Assembly: GCF_006345805.1 (NCBI RefSeq)
Contig: NC_043014.1
Coordinates: forward strand, 9,858,001-9,922,000
Source of the DNA: Octopus sinensis
Taxonomy: Eukaryota
Reading direction: 5' to 3'
DNA length: 64,000 nucleotides
A model generated the notes under the pieces. The model saw nothing but the letters and a program-made list of their open reading frames with translations, made no database searches and was not told the origin of the DNA. Position numbers and translations under genes: made by a program. Positions 27,821-41,610 of this stretch are shown here, one piece after another (the stretch's first letter is position 1; the number at the start of each line of letters is the position of its first letter).

Positions 27821-28020
27821 TGTGTTACTGACGTATTAAATTCATGCAAAAACAATCTATAATTGTTAAAATAGCTGGAATCACATTACTCTAAAATAAA
27901 TATAATTCTCTCTTGTACACGAAATATAAGCATTACTGTGAATAGAAGAAACAATGCTACGTTCTGTTATCCTATATTTACACTCACATGGATAACCGTA
28001 TGTCTCTGCATATGCGTGTT

Positions 28021-28680
28021 GTATGCATGTATATATTTCTGCATGTGTGTATGTGTGTATGTATGTGTGTATGTATGTATGTATGTATATGTATGTATGC
28101 ATGCATGTATGTATATGTATGTATGTATGTATATGTATGTATGTATGCATGCATGCATGTATGTATATGTATGTATGCATGCATGCATGTATATGTATGT
28201 ATATGTATGTAGGTATGCATGTATGTATATGTATGTATGTATATGTATGTATGTGTGTATATATATGTATGTATGTATATGTATATATGTATGCATGCAT
28301 GTATGTATGCATGCATGTATGTATGTATATGTATGTATGCATGCATGTATGTATACGTATGTATGTATGCATGCATGTATGTATATGTATGTATGTATGT
28401 ATGTATGTATATGTATATATGTATATGTATGTATGCATGCATGTATGTATGTATATGTATATATGTATATGTATGTATGTATGTATGTGTATGTATGTAT
28501 GTATATGTATGTATGCATGCATATATGCATGTATGTATGTATGTATGTATATGTATGTATGTATGCATGCATGCATATATGTATATGTATATATGTATGT
28601 ATGTATGCATATGTATATATGTATGTATGTATGTATATGTATATATGTATATATGTAAGGTATGTGTTTATGTGTGTATG
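28021..28680. repeat. (GTAT)n/(GCAT)n microsatellite
   Basis: Direct inspection. Confidence 0.95.
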
Positions 28681-29103
28681 TGTTAGTACGCCTGGGAAAA
28701 CCAATGGAATCTGAGTAAGTTAATATTCTCACTGAATCTGTGTTTATGATGCGATGGATAACGTCAGATAATGAGAAGATAATAAAAGAGTCACGCGCGT
28801 TACCGTAAAACAACGAAAAATCGGGAAAAAATCATTATAAAAGGAACTGCCACTGTTCTCTTTTCCAACCTCATTCTAGTTAGAACTTTGACCATTATTC
28901 TCATCCGTCAATCATTCAACAATATAAACGTTTATTCTGGGAATATGATTTACAGCATTTCAGTTTAATGCAGTAATACATCATTTGGTGAAGAGAGACA
29001 TACTGTCTGACCGCTGGGTTGGCCGGACACCACACACATACAAACAAGCACAGACACACGCACACACACACACACACGCACACACACACACTAGTTCTAA
29101 GGT

Positions 29104-30384
29104 GGTACGTACTTTCATAGGGCGGCGAGCTGGCAGAATCGTTAGCACGCCGGGCGAAATACTTAGCGGTATTTCGTGTGCCGCTACGTTCTGAGATCAA
29201 ATTCCGCCGAGGTCGACTTTGCCTTTCATCCTTTCAGGGTCGATTAAATAAGTACCAGTTATGCACTGGGTTGATATAATCGACTTAATCCTTTGTCTGT
29301 CTTGTTTGTCCTCTCTGTGTTTAGCCCCTTATGTGGTAGTAAAGAAATGGTATTTCGTCTGCCGCTACGTTCTGAGTTCAAATTCCGCCGAGGTCGACTT
29401 TGCCTTCATCCTTTAGGGGGCGATAAATTAAGTACCAGTTACGCACTGGGGTCGATGTAATCGACTTAATTCGTGTGTCTGTCCTTGTTTGTTGTCTCTG
29501 TGTTTAGCCCCTTGTGGGTAGTAAAAAATAGGTATGTACTTTCATAGGGCGGCGAGTGGCAGAATCGTTAGCACGCCGGGCGAATATCTTAGCGTGCCGC
29601 TACGTTCTCCGTTCAAATTCCGCCGAGGTCGACTTTGCCTTAATCTTCGGGGTCGATTAAATAAGTACCAGTTACGCACTGGTGTCGATATAATCGACTT
29701 AATCCGTTTGTCTGTCCTTGTTTGTCCTCTCTGTGTTTAGCCCCTTATGGGTAGTAAAGAAATAGGTATTTCGTCTGCCGCTACGTTCTGAGTTCAAATT
29801 CCGCCGAGGTCGACTTTGCCTTTCATCCTTTCGGGGTCGATAAATTAAGTACCAGTTACGCACTGGGGTCGATGTAATCGACTTAATTCGTGTGTCTGTC
29901 CTTGTTTGTTGTCTCTGTGTTTAGCCCCTTGTGGGTAGTAAAAAATAGGTATGTACTTTCATAGGGCGGCGAGCTGGCAGAATCGTTAGCACGCCGGGCG
30001 AAATACTTAGCGTGCCGCTACGTTCTCCGTTCAAATTCCGCCGAGGTCGACTTTGCCTTTCATCCTTTCGGGGTCGATTAAATAAGTACCAGTTACGCAC
30101 TGGTGTCGATATAATCGACTTAATCCGTTTGTCTGTCCTTGTTTGTCCTCTCTGTGTTTAGCCCCTTATGGGTAGTAAAGAAATAGGTATTTCGTCTGCC
30201 GCTACGTTCTGAGTTCAAATTCCGTCGAGGTCGACTTTGTCTTTCATCCTTTCTGGGTGGATAAATTAAGTACCAGTTACGCACTGGGGTCGATATAATC
30301 GACTTAATCCGTTTGTCTGTCCTTGTTTGTCCTCTGTGTGTTTAGACCCTTGTGGGTAGTAAAGAAATAGGTATGTACTTTCAT
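29104..30384 (+). mobile_element. Tandem triplication of dimeric SINE family A
   Basis: 3 x (head + 2 bodies), separated and flanked by ggta(c/t)gtactttcat. Confidence 0.92.
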
Positions 30385-31062
30385 TTCCCTATAAAATGAA
30401 GCATATCTCCTCCAATGAACCATTCCCACGGCAACGGTTATCCAACACGCTTGATCCAAAATTTTGAACAAATACGATGTATGACGGATTCAATGTAAAC
30501 CAAAGATTAATCAACTTTTAAACAATTTTTTTTTCTTGGCTTTTATTTTTCCCATCGACATTAATTGTGGGCAGCGATCTTGTAAGAATTTAAATTTAAA
30601 AATAATTTTTCCGAACCTGAATAATTAATTGTTACCCCTTGAAACTCATGGCTTGACCATTGAACTTCATCAAATGCTAAGTTGATATAATTGATTAAAA
30701 TATTTGATCAGCTATATATGGTTGCTACATAGCTGAAATTATCACAGTACATATAGGGTATCCATCTTGGCGTTTATATTACATCAGAATAAGATGAACC
30801 TTTGCGTTGATAGTGCGAAGGAATTTTATTCTCGGAAACGGACAAAACAAACAAATAAATTGATTGTATTTTTGATAGAAAACATGAGACAATACCGCGT
30901 GACGTATATTTGCCATTTGAATATGGCTAACCCCTAAGGGTGGATGCTACTGTAGTTTGGGGCCCCAGGAGAACACCTCCTCCAGATGGCTATAGACACA
31001 CTTTCTGTGCCCTATCAGTATTTGCGAAGGGAAGCCATCCTTCCCGTCTTCAACTTATGATA

Positions 31063-31107
31063 CACACGGACTCGAGTTTCAGGGTATTGACCCGTCATCG
31101 GCGTGTG
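31063..31107 (-). ncRNA. Minimal type-I hammerhead ribozyme (CCGAUGA core)
   Basis: Minus strand: cacacg CCGATGA c gggt caat accc t GAAA ctcgag TC cgtgtg; perfect 6-bp stem I, palindromic stem III, GUC site. Confidence 0.8.
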
Positions 31108-31919
31108 ACAATCATAGTTTTCGATGAGAAGTCGGCTCCCTTCCCAAATACATATATCTTTTTCCAGTATCGATTGACACTGATATTATCCACTCCCAAA
31201 CATCCAGTTGCGTGCAAACCTAATAAAATTAATATACAGCAAAAATGTTTTACAGAAATTGCCTCAGTTTAGTTGTGTAAGGCACGTGTTTGCAACTTTT
31301 TCTATCTTTCGGTTGTTCTAACCATTGGTTTATTTTAATTGCTCCATTACACAGCAAACCATTTTCGTTATTGTTCTGCATGCGAGTAGCTAAAATGGCT
31401 GATATAACTTTACAAACCACGTCTTTTTAATATTCTAGCAGATAATTAGTTATTTATATGATAGAAACCATAAAATGGAGTATATGAAAACTGGGACGAA
31501 TTAATAGTTGCTATTTTCAAGAATGCATCAGAAGTCATTACAGAGACACTGTTTGAAGAATTGTGGTATTGTTAGAGCAACACGGTTTTATATTATGTGC
31601 GGTCCGTAAGGAGGACGTTAGGCGAAAGTTGTTTACATTTATGCGTTGTTTGCTGTAAATTATGTTTGCTATAAATTCCGATGAATAATTGACTGGAGTC
31701 AAGAATACAAGAAAAAATACTCGAAATGTTAGTCCGTCAGCTCTAACGTATGTAGTGTTAAATGACGAGAAGTGTATGGTGATCGAATGTGTACCGTATG
31801 CATACATACATGTATACGCGCATGTAGCAATAACGACATGAATATATGCATACGCATGCACGTTCCAGAGTGTGTGTATGTATATACATATATTTAAATA
31901 TAATCATATATATATCTAC

Positions 31920-31960
<41 letters not shown>

Positions 31961-32048
31961 CACATACATATATATATATACGCACATACATGTATGTATT
32001 AATGTATATATATTTGTATATATACATTCATGTATAAATATAAATATA

Positions 32049-32086
<38 letters not shown>

Positions 32087-32256
32087 CATACATATATATA
32101 CACACTTACACATAATTATTATTGTATATATATTTGTATATATACATTCATGGATATATATATATATAAATATAATCATATATATATATATAAACATACA
32201 TACATACACACTTACACATAATTATTATTGTATATATTTTGTATATATACATTCAT

Positions 32257-32298
<42 letters not shown>

Positions 32299-32312
32299 AT
32301 ATATACATTCAT

Positions 32313-32360
<48 letters not shown>

Positions 32361-32459
32361 TGATAATTAGCGACGGATGCAGTATTGATAGCAAAATATA
32401 TTCTTCATATCCAACTTAGAATGGATATCTTAGCATGGATATCTGATAATAAGAAAAAT

Positions 32460-32711
32460 AGATGTGACCGCTTAAGGCCTATCCAGGCTCATGGGCCCCG
32501 GTTTCCCGCTTTCGATGGCGTAAGTGTTCCCCAACTGGACGAAACGCCAGTCCATCGAAGCGTTACTCATTTTTGCCAGCTGGGTAGACTGGAGCAACAT
32601 GAAATAAAGTGTTTTGCTCAAGAATACAACGCGTCGCCCGGTCCAGGAATTGAAACCACAATCTTACGATCATGATGGTGACACCCTAAGCACTAAGCCA
32701 CGCGCCTCCAC
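32460..32711 (-). mobile_element. SINE family D head with a tail like family C type 3
   Basis: ttgagcaaaacactttatttcatgttgctccagt (CORE-like) then gatggactggcgtttcgtccag. Confidence 0.75.
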
Positions 32712-32914
32712 ATGGATATCTAATACTACGTTATTAGTCTTCAGACGTCCTCTCATATATTGGCGCTTGGTGCATAAAAGCGCACGCATACATCATATTA
32801 GACGACAATTCAGATATTTCGGGATTTCAATCTACTCGAAATTAGAACTGCACGACGATCAAATCTCGCTGTCACGATATCTAGAATAGTAGCAACATTT
32901 TAGGCACTGGTACT

Positions 32915-32919
32915 CGCAA

Positions 32920-32970
<51 letters not shown>

Positions 32971-33133
32971 CGACGGGCTTCTTTCAGTTTCCGTCTACCA
33001 AATCCACTCACAAGGCTTTGGTCGGCCCGAGGTTATAGAAGAAGACACTTGCCCAAGGTGCCACGCAGTGGGACTGAACCCGGAACCATGTGGTTCGTGA
33101 GCAAGGTACTTACCACACAGCCACTCCTACGCC
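32915..33133 (-). mobile_element. SINE family B, 5' half
   Basis: Match to family B head. Confidence 0.88.
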
Positions 33134-33614
33134 TAAATATATATATATATTTATGTATGTATGTATTTATATACATGTGTATTTTATATGTATATATGTA
33201 TGTATTTATATCTATATGTATATATGTGTTAAGTAGGTAGATAGATGGGTAGGTAGGTAGGTATGTATGTAGGTAGGTAACTAAGTAGGTATCCATATTT
33301 AGGTGTAATTCTGAGATTGGACATTTATCGCATTCGTATGATCAAATATTGCATATCACATGTGTAGTGTACGACCGATGCTGGTACAAGTAATTGAATC
33401 AATGAAATCATTTGCTGTACTTTCCTGCATAGAATCCAGCCAATGTGCGACCAATATTTGGCAGCTGCAGAGAAAGTGATGATTTCTGGAAAGATACTGC
33501 TGAAAATATTTCCTAGAGACTAGAAGCATTTGTAAGAATATTGATGCAGAAATATCTATCGATCTCTGCATTAGTGCTGCATATCGACAAACTCATTCTC
33601 ATGCTCACATACAG

Positions 33615-33628
33615 ATAGATAGATGGAT

Positions 33629-33688
<60 letters not shown>

Positions 33689-33840
33689 GAGAGAGAGAGG
33701 AGAGGAGAGAGAGAGAGAGAGAGGGAGAGAGAGAGAGATACAGAGATAGATACATAGATATAGATTATAATTGATAGATATATAGATATAGATAGATATA
33801 TAGATATAGATAGATAGATAGATATAGATAAATATATAAT

Positions 33841-33877
<37 letters not shown>

Positions 33878-33957
33878 GAGATATAGATAGATAGATAGAT
33901 AGATAGTAGATAGATAGATAGATAGATATAGATAGATAGATAGATAGATAGATAGAG

Positions 33958-34008
<51 letters not shown>

Positions 34009-34130
34009 GATAGATAAATAGATATATGGAAGATACACATGCTGGCAGATACACAGATAGACAGCGAGATAGATACGTATATATATATATATTATATATA
34101 TATACACACACATATATATATATATAAGTA
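33615..34130. repeat. (TA)n/(GA)n/(GATA)n block
   Basis: Direct inspection. Confidence 0.95.
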
Positions 34131-34589
34131 CACGTACTAACAGAAACATATGCACACATATATCAATAGACATATGTATATAAATACATACATAACCACA
34201 CAAGCACATATCCACACAGACACAGACACAGACATATGTATGTGTGTTATGTATGTATGTATGCATACTTGTATGCATGCTTGTATGTATATGTAATTAT
34301 GAATGCGTGTCCGTCTGTATCTTAAAATACTGATAGTGTTTCAAACACGATGCATACTGTTTCGTTCGAGAACCCTTCTGGGAGTGAATAACAGAACTGG
34401 TGATGGTCCTTATATGGGAATTGGCAGAGGAAATTGAGTTAGCAGTACCGTCGATGGTGGGAACGAAGATGGCGTAATAAAAGAACGGCTTAAATGGATG
34501 TGGTGTAAAAACATTGGAGGGAAAAATATACAGTGATGGAATACAGTACGGTATGTGAAGATGATAATAATGGCGATGCTTGAGTGGAC

Positions 34590-35196
34590 GTTTGTGAAGA
34601 TGATGATGATGACGACGACGACGATTGCGATGGCAACGATGGTGATGATGATGATGATGATGTCGATAATGTTATTGGTTGGGATATTATTGGTCGGGCG
34701 AATACATTTTTTAGTGAAGATGGGTGTCGTACGTTTGCAAATGCTAAAATGACATCGACGACGAGGAGGCTGACGTTTTCTATGATGATCATGAAGATGA
34801 TGAAGATGACGGTGATGTTGAGGATGATGAAGATGATGGTGATGTTGATGATGATGAAGATGATGATGGTGAAGATGATGATGATGAGGATGATGAAGGT
34901 GATGAGGATGAGGAAGATGATGATGATGATGAAGATGATGATGAGGATGAGGAAGATGATGATGATGATGATGAAGATGATGATGAGGATGAGGATGATG
35001 AAGATGATGTGATGAGGATGATGAAGATGATGGTGATGATGATGATGAAGATGATGATGATGATGATGATGAAGATGATGGTGATGAGGATGATGAAGAT
35101 AATGATGATGATGATGGTGAAAATGATGATGATGAGGATGAAGATGATGATGAGGATGAAGATGATGGTGATGATGATGATGATGATGATGATGAT

Positions 35197-35248
<52 letters not shown>

Positions 35249-35400
35249 TGATGATGATGATGATGATGAAGATGATGATGCAGTGGAAGTTGTATAGGTG
35301 GAAGCAACATAAGGAAAAAATTAGATTGAAAGAATGACGATAATGCTGTTGATGACGACGAAGACGACGACGATGATAAAAATCACGATAATGTTCATGA
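34590..35400. repeat. (GAT)n/(GAC)n trinucleotide microsatellite
   Basis: Direct inspection; source of poly-D/M/S/R ORFs. Confidence 0.95.
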
Positions 35401-35484
35401 GTGCTAAAGATAGTGGTAGGGGCTATGATGGTCGTCTCGCTGATTAGAGTGATAACTCACATAGTAGCACTGGTTATGATCTGA

Positions 35485-35826
35485 GACCCCCTTCGTTCAC
35501 GACAAAGAGCATGGGATTGCACCTAGAAAGTTACCCTCACAGGCACAAGTCCAGGCAACGTTGTTGTTTATGGAAGACCAGCAGTCGCCCATGCATACCG
35601 GCCTCCCCTCTTCACGCCACTGATGTTATCCAAGGGAAAGGCAAAGGGGGCCGATACAGCTTGGCACCTGTGACGTCGCAACTCATTTCTACAGCTGAGT
35701 GAACTGGAGCAACGCGAAGTAAAGTGTCTTGCTCAAGAACACAACGCGCAGCCCGGTCCGGGATTCGAACTCACAACCTCACGAGCGTAGGCTCGACGCT
35801 CTAACCACTGAGCCATGTGCCTTCAA
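35485..35826 (-). mobile_element. SINE family D (tRNA head, CORE-like)
   Basis: A-box TGGCTCAGTGG, B-box GAGTTCGAATCCC; matches 47610-47936. Confidence 0.88.
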
Positions 35827-35929
35827 TGCTGGTTATGATAGCGGTAAGAATAATAAAATGAGAGAACACAAAGGAATATTTATTTTGTGTGTATCGGAAG
35901 TCGGGTATCTTTTCTTGATCGAAGATATG

Positions 35930-36296
35930 TCCATATTAGCTTCTATCAGGAAATCAAAGGAAACGACTATTATTCCCTTCAAACTTTGCTTTTGTGATCT
36001 GGACATCAATCTTTGAAAACTGAGCTATTTTCCATTACATTTCAAACAGATTCATCCCTGAGTTACTAAAGCAGAACTATCGCTATATCAAGTATTATGC
36101 TCAACACCACAAATCTGCTTGTTAGCTGCCTGAACTTAAGTACATGAGCATGTCACTTAGCGGCTGACAATATGCGCTGTTCACGAGCAAGATTAGTAGG
36201 AAAGCATCATAGATCTGTGTTCAGAGGGATTCTTTAGTGTTGTAATAAATACTATAACAAAAGCAAAGTTTGATCGAAATATGAGCCATCTTTCAT
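35930..36296 (+). mobile_element. Second copy of the fold-back element
   Basis: tcaaactttgcttttgt ... acaaaagcaaagtttga inverted pair; homologous to 18112-18516. Confidence 0.6.
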
Positions 36297-36573
36297 GCTG
36301 TCTGAGGGTAAGGAAATAGAAAATACCAGTTGCTACCAAAAGACAAAGATCGTGTTACACGGTGCAATGGAGTAAATTACGGCTTTGTTCTGATATTCTG
36401 GTGTATTTGGTGATTACACAACTTTATGATGATTACCACTTAACATGCTAGAATATGCTAGTGAGAGACGTGTAAAACATTTTGATTTAATACAGTTTTT
36501 TTAATCGAATCTCCAGTATAAAACTGATCTGGAAAATATATGCATAAATACATTCATACAAACATATATACAT

Positions 36574-36741
36574 AGGCGTAGGTGTGGGTGTGTGGTAAGT
36601 AGCTTGCTTACGAACCACATGGTTCCGGGATCAGTTCCACTGCGTGGTACCTTGGGCACGTGTCTTCTACTATAGCCTCGGGCCGACCAAAGCCTTGTGA
36701 ATGGATTTAGTAGACGGAAAGTGAAAGAAGTCCGTCGTATG

Positions 36742-36800
<59 letters not shown>

Positions 36801-37009
36801 TGTGTATATGTTTGTGTGTCTATGCCCCCAACATCGCTTGACAACCGATGCTGGTGTGTTTTACGTCCACGTAACGTAGCGGTTCGGTATAAGAGACCGA
36901 TAGGATAAGTACTAGGCTTACAAAGAATAAGTCCTGGGGTTGATGTGCTCGACTAAAAGGCGGTGCTCCAGCATGGCCACAGTCAACTGACTGAAACAAG
37001 TGAAAGAGT
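36574..37009 (+). mobile_element. SINE family B
   Basis: Full length. Confidence 0.9.
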
Positions 37010-37062
37010 ATACATACATACATGCATAAATACATTTATACATACACGCACAGATATGGGAT

Positions 37063-37446
37063 GGAAGCACTCCGTCGGTTACGACGACGAGGGTTCCGGT
37101 TGATCCGAATCAACGGAACAGCCTGCTCGTGAAATTAACGTGTAAGTGGCTGAGTACTCCACAGACACGTGTACCCTTAACGTAGTTCTCGGGGATAGTC
37201 AGCGTGACACAGAGAGTGACAAGGCCGGCCCTTTGAAATACCGGTACAACAGAAACAGGAAGTAAGAGTGAGAGAAAGTTGTGGTGAAAGAGTACAGCAG
37301 GGATCGCCACCATCCCCTGCCGGAGCCTCGTGGAGCTTTTAGGTGTTTTCGCTCAATAAACACTCACAACGCCCGATCTGGGAATCGAAACCGCGATCCT
37401 ATGACCGCGAGTCCGCTGCCCTAACCACTGGGCCATTGCGCCTCCT
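37063..37446 (-). mobile_element. SINE family C (tail type 1)
   Basis: Near-identical to the 58134 and 61714 copies. Confidence 0.92.
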
Positions 37447-37764
37447 ACGCACAGATAAATACGTGAGTGTGTGTATGCATGTATACACCCACACATGTAA
37501 GGCAGCCAGTTGGCAGATTCGTCAAAGTGTGTTCCGCTCCTTCTGAAATGCACCGAGGATCATTTGGCATTTCTTTATACTGCGGCGGAGGGTAAATGCA
37601 ATCTTTATTTAGTACTGGGTTCCTTCTCTGCATCAAGTCCGTAATTATTTCCTGCAGCATTTGTCGTTCTATAAGAAAATATTCGTGCTACGACCTGGAA
37701 GGGGAAGTGTGACGACGCCATTCCCGCGTTTCCAACAAGTAGGTAAAAGTTAAGTGCAGATAGA

Positions 37765-38255
37765 ATGCCATACATATACATATGCATGCACAAACACACA
37801 CACACACTCACAGAGCATACGCACATACACACACACTACACACTCACACATACATATATTCATATATATATATATATACATATATTCATATATATATATA
37901 TATACATATATTCATATATATATATACACATACATATATATATATATATACATACACACACACATATATACATACACACACACATATATACATACACACA
38001 CATACACACAAACATATACATATATACATACACACACATACACATATATACATACACACACACATATATACATGCACACACATATATATACACACACACA
38101 CACATATATATAAACACATATACATACACATACACATACATACACATATACATACATACACACACACATATACATACACACACACACATAAACATACACA
38201 CACTTATATATATATACATATATATATAAAGCGTACACAGAAACATGCATACATG
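37765..38255. repeat. (CA)n/(TA)n block
   Basis: Direct inspection. Confidence 0.95.
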
Positions 38256-38490
38256 CATATTTATGCAGGCATCCCTTCCTACATACGGTCGGTCGACTTT
38301 CTAGTTGATAAATCTCACCTGTTGAGAAGTGAGGTGATATGTCCGCTAGTGATTCGAATACCGAACAGCGTGATAGACACACGTGTTTTCGTTGAATATA
38401 AACACCGTTTGTGATCATGGTTACATTCCCTTTCCATTCAGCATATATTAACAGAGAGCCAAACACGCGCATGCGCATACACGCAAGTAC

Positions 38491-38524
<34 letters not shown>

Positions 38525-38659
38525 CACACACATCAACACACACACACACACACACACAAGCACATCAATACACACACACACACATAGTCCACACTCACAA
38601 TCACTCTCGTATACGTTTATCCTTAATTACATAGGTATATACATTTATTCTTCATTTCA

Positions 38660-39062
38660 CAGAGGCCATGCTGGAGCACAGCCTTAAATGGTTTCAGTCT
38701 GAGAAATTGACACCAAAATCTATGCTTTGTAAGCCTAGTACTTATTATATCGGTCTCTCTTGCCGATCTCTTAAGTCACAAGTTGTAAACACACCAAAAT
38801 CTGATGTCAAGCGATAGTGGAGGGACAAACAGGGTCAAAAATCCACGCATATATATATATATATATATATATTGAGAGAGAAAGAGAGAGAGAGAGAGAT
38901 TGGGCTTCTTTTCAGTTTCCCTGTACTAAATCTACTCACAAAGCTTTGTTCAGTCCGAAGCTATAGCAGAAAACTCTTGCCGAAGATGCCACGCGGTGAG
39001 ACTGAACCCGGGACTATGTGGTCGGGAAGCAATCTTCTTACCACATAGCCACGCCTGAGCCT
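38660..39062 (-). mobile_element. SINE family B, older copy
   Basis: Diverged match. Confidence 0.8.
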
Positions 39063-39333
39063 ATTCTATAATTCTTTTATATGTTTCAGCCTTGAGGTTG
39101 TGGTCATGCTGGGGCACCGCCACAATACGTCATATGGAGGAAACCGGATATAACATAGTAGTAAATTAAACTTTTATATTGTTATGTTAAAAAGACACAC
39201 AGACATGCAAAATACAAGTCTTTCTTTCTCTCTCTCCCTCTCTCTCACAGGTACACATAAAGCGCAGATAGTACACACCATAGTACAACAGACGGGACTA
39301 AACAGAACTGGAGGAGACACGTGGGATGGAGAA

Positions 39334-39377
39334 CCGCTGAAGAGGTCATTGGATGTGTGACGAAAGATTTCCAGACA
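39334..39377 (+). ncRNA. Hammerhead-like motif (family shared with 61557)
   Basis: ccg CTGAAGA g gtca..tgac GAAA gatt TC cagaca; stem I eroded. Confidence 0.55.
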
Positions 39378-39504
39378 TAGGACGACCTCATAAGGGAAAA
39401 ATCCATCAATTATTCCTTTTAAATATATTTACTTATATTAAGGGCATTACCATACATAAATGCCTCACGCTAGAAGGGACTCTTAAAGTCAAAACTACCA
39501 TAAT

Positions 39505-39905
39505 AGGCGTAGGAGTGGCTGTGTGGTAAGTAACTTCTTTACCAACCACATGGTTCCGGGTTCAGTCCCACTGCGTGGCACCTTGGGCAAGTGTCTTCTA
39601 CTATAGCCTCGGGCCGACCAAAGCCATGTGAGTGGATTTGGTAGACGGAAACTGAAAGAAGCCCGTCGTATATATGTATATATATATATGCGTGTGTGTG
39701 TTTGTGTGTCTGTGTTTGTCTCCCTAGCATTGCTTGACAACCGATGCTGGTGTGTTTATGTCCCCGTAACTTAGCGGTTCGGCAAAGAGAGACCGATAGA
39801 ATAAAAGAATAAGCGCCGGGGTCGAGTTGCTCGACTAAAGGCGGTGCTCCAGCATGGCCGCAGTCAAATGACTGAAGCAAGTAAAAGAGTAAAAGAGTAA
39901 AGAGT
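39505..39905 (+). mobile_element. SINE family B
   Basis: Full length. Confidence 0.92.
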
Positions 39906-40004
39906 TGTATGTTTTTGTTTTTATGTTTTCGTTTCTCATTGTGTTCAACGTTTTTTTGATGTCCTGTACCCATATATGCATGTATATATATGCATGTATA
40001 TATA

Positions 40005-40049
<45 letters not shown>

Positions 40050-40184
40050 CATAGGTATTGCAAGACTCTAATAACCTGGTGCAGAACTCAATATACGTAT
40101 GTTCAGAACGAAATGTTTGTCGGAAAGAGAGCGATAAGTGAGGGAGATGACAAAGGAATAAGAAATTATTTTATGAACTTCATT

Positions 40185-40259
40185 GGCTGACAGCTGTTTC
40201 TACTACTATAGGATGCATAGGTGAGTACCTGGACAACGTCTCATAGCTTCATCGGAGCC
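40185..40259 (-). ncRNA. Type-I hammerhead ribozyme (CCGAUGA core, long stem II)
   Basis: Minus strand: ggct CCGATGA a gctatg..tatagt agta GAAA cagctg TC agcc; palindromic stem III, GUC site. Confidence 0.7.
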
Positions 40260-40593
40260 TATTTCATATGGCATTTCATATGTGTGTGTGTACTTGTGCT
40301 TCTATATGTCTTAGATATAGAAATGTCAAATTTGCTTATATTTCCTTAGATCGATAGAAATGACGAATTCGTTTTACAACAAGTTATTACCGTCTCAACA
40401 TACGCTTGCTTCTACGCCACTTCATAAATCTCTGTAAAGTAAGTAGATAATCCGTTTGTCTAAATATCAAATATAGTAATTTCCGAAAGTGGATCTACTA
40501 ATTTGATTACTACGAGAAGTATTCAATATTTTGTTCAATAGCAGAATGTGTCAACAGTATAAACGGTTGATATATTATGCGTAAACGAACGTA

Positions 40594-40628
<35 letters not shown>

Positions 40629-40779
40629 ATGGTCTTATATTTCAGTGCAACTTAATATCTGCTAAATGTTCGCAGGCAAGTTTAATTAAATTTTTGAAGC
40701 GTGAAATATGTTTTTCCCGAAAGGGTGAAGGCATATAAATCAGGGGCAGTTCGCCAGCGAATGTGAATAATAGGAACAA

Positions 40780-41035
40780 GTATGGTTAGTGGTAATGAAG
40801 TTGCTTTCAAAGCATATGTTTGCCAGTTCAATCCCACTACGCGGCGGCTGCATATACGAGTGCCGTCTACTATAGGCTCGGATTTGGTCGACTAAAAGTG
40901 AAAGGAAGCCCGTCGTTTGTGTGTGTGAGTGTGTGTGTGCGTGCGTATTTGTTCTTGTGTTTGTCCCCGGTGTAACTATATAAGCAGTAATGACTTTTTG
41001 ACATGCCCGCAACTAATCGTTCGGCAATAGGAGGC
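40780..41035 (+). mobile_element. SINE family B, decayed, interrupted by SINE A
   Basis: Degenerate head and body. Confidence 0.6.
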
Positions 41036-41268
41036 AATAGGTCAGCTGGCAGGAACGTTAGTACACCAGGCGAAATGCTTAGCGGTATTTCGTCTGCCGC
41101 CACGTTCTGAGTTCAAATTCCGCCGAAGTCGGCTTTGCCTTTCATCCTTTCAGGGTCGATTAAATAAGTACCAGTTACGCGCTGGGGTCGATATAATCGA
41201 CTTAATCTGTTTGTCTGTCCTTGTTTGTCCCCTCTGTGTTTAGCCCCTTGTGGGAAATAAAGAAATAA
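41036..41268 (+). mobile_element. SINE family A monomer
   Basis: Match to family A. Confidence 0.88.
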
Positions 41269-41549
41269 TAAAAGTTGGGCGAGGTAGAATAAGTACATGC
41301 ATATAAATAAAAAGAAAGGAATAATGACGTCGTTTCATTCGACTTTACCCGTTAAGGCTGTGCCCCTGAATGGCACATTCCAGTGAGTGAAACAAAGAGA
41401 CATAAAATAAGGGAAATTTTATGGATCAAAATGTATCTGCATATTTTCTGCGCCACTTGGTTCTACACCAAAACCCTTATACATGATGTAAAGAAAATAC
41501 ACTTTTTCATATCAAATAGCAAATCCCACCGGGTGAATATTGTAGTTTG

Positions 41550-41608
<59 letters not shown>

Positions 41609-41610
41609 CA

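Noticed and set aside
29104-30384. CRISPR-like repeat array
   Set aside because: The intervening sequences are near-identical SINE units rather than unique spacers; eukaryotic context, no cas genes
31672-31740. CCGATGA plus hairpin plus GAAA
   Set aside because: No stem I or stem III pairing
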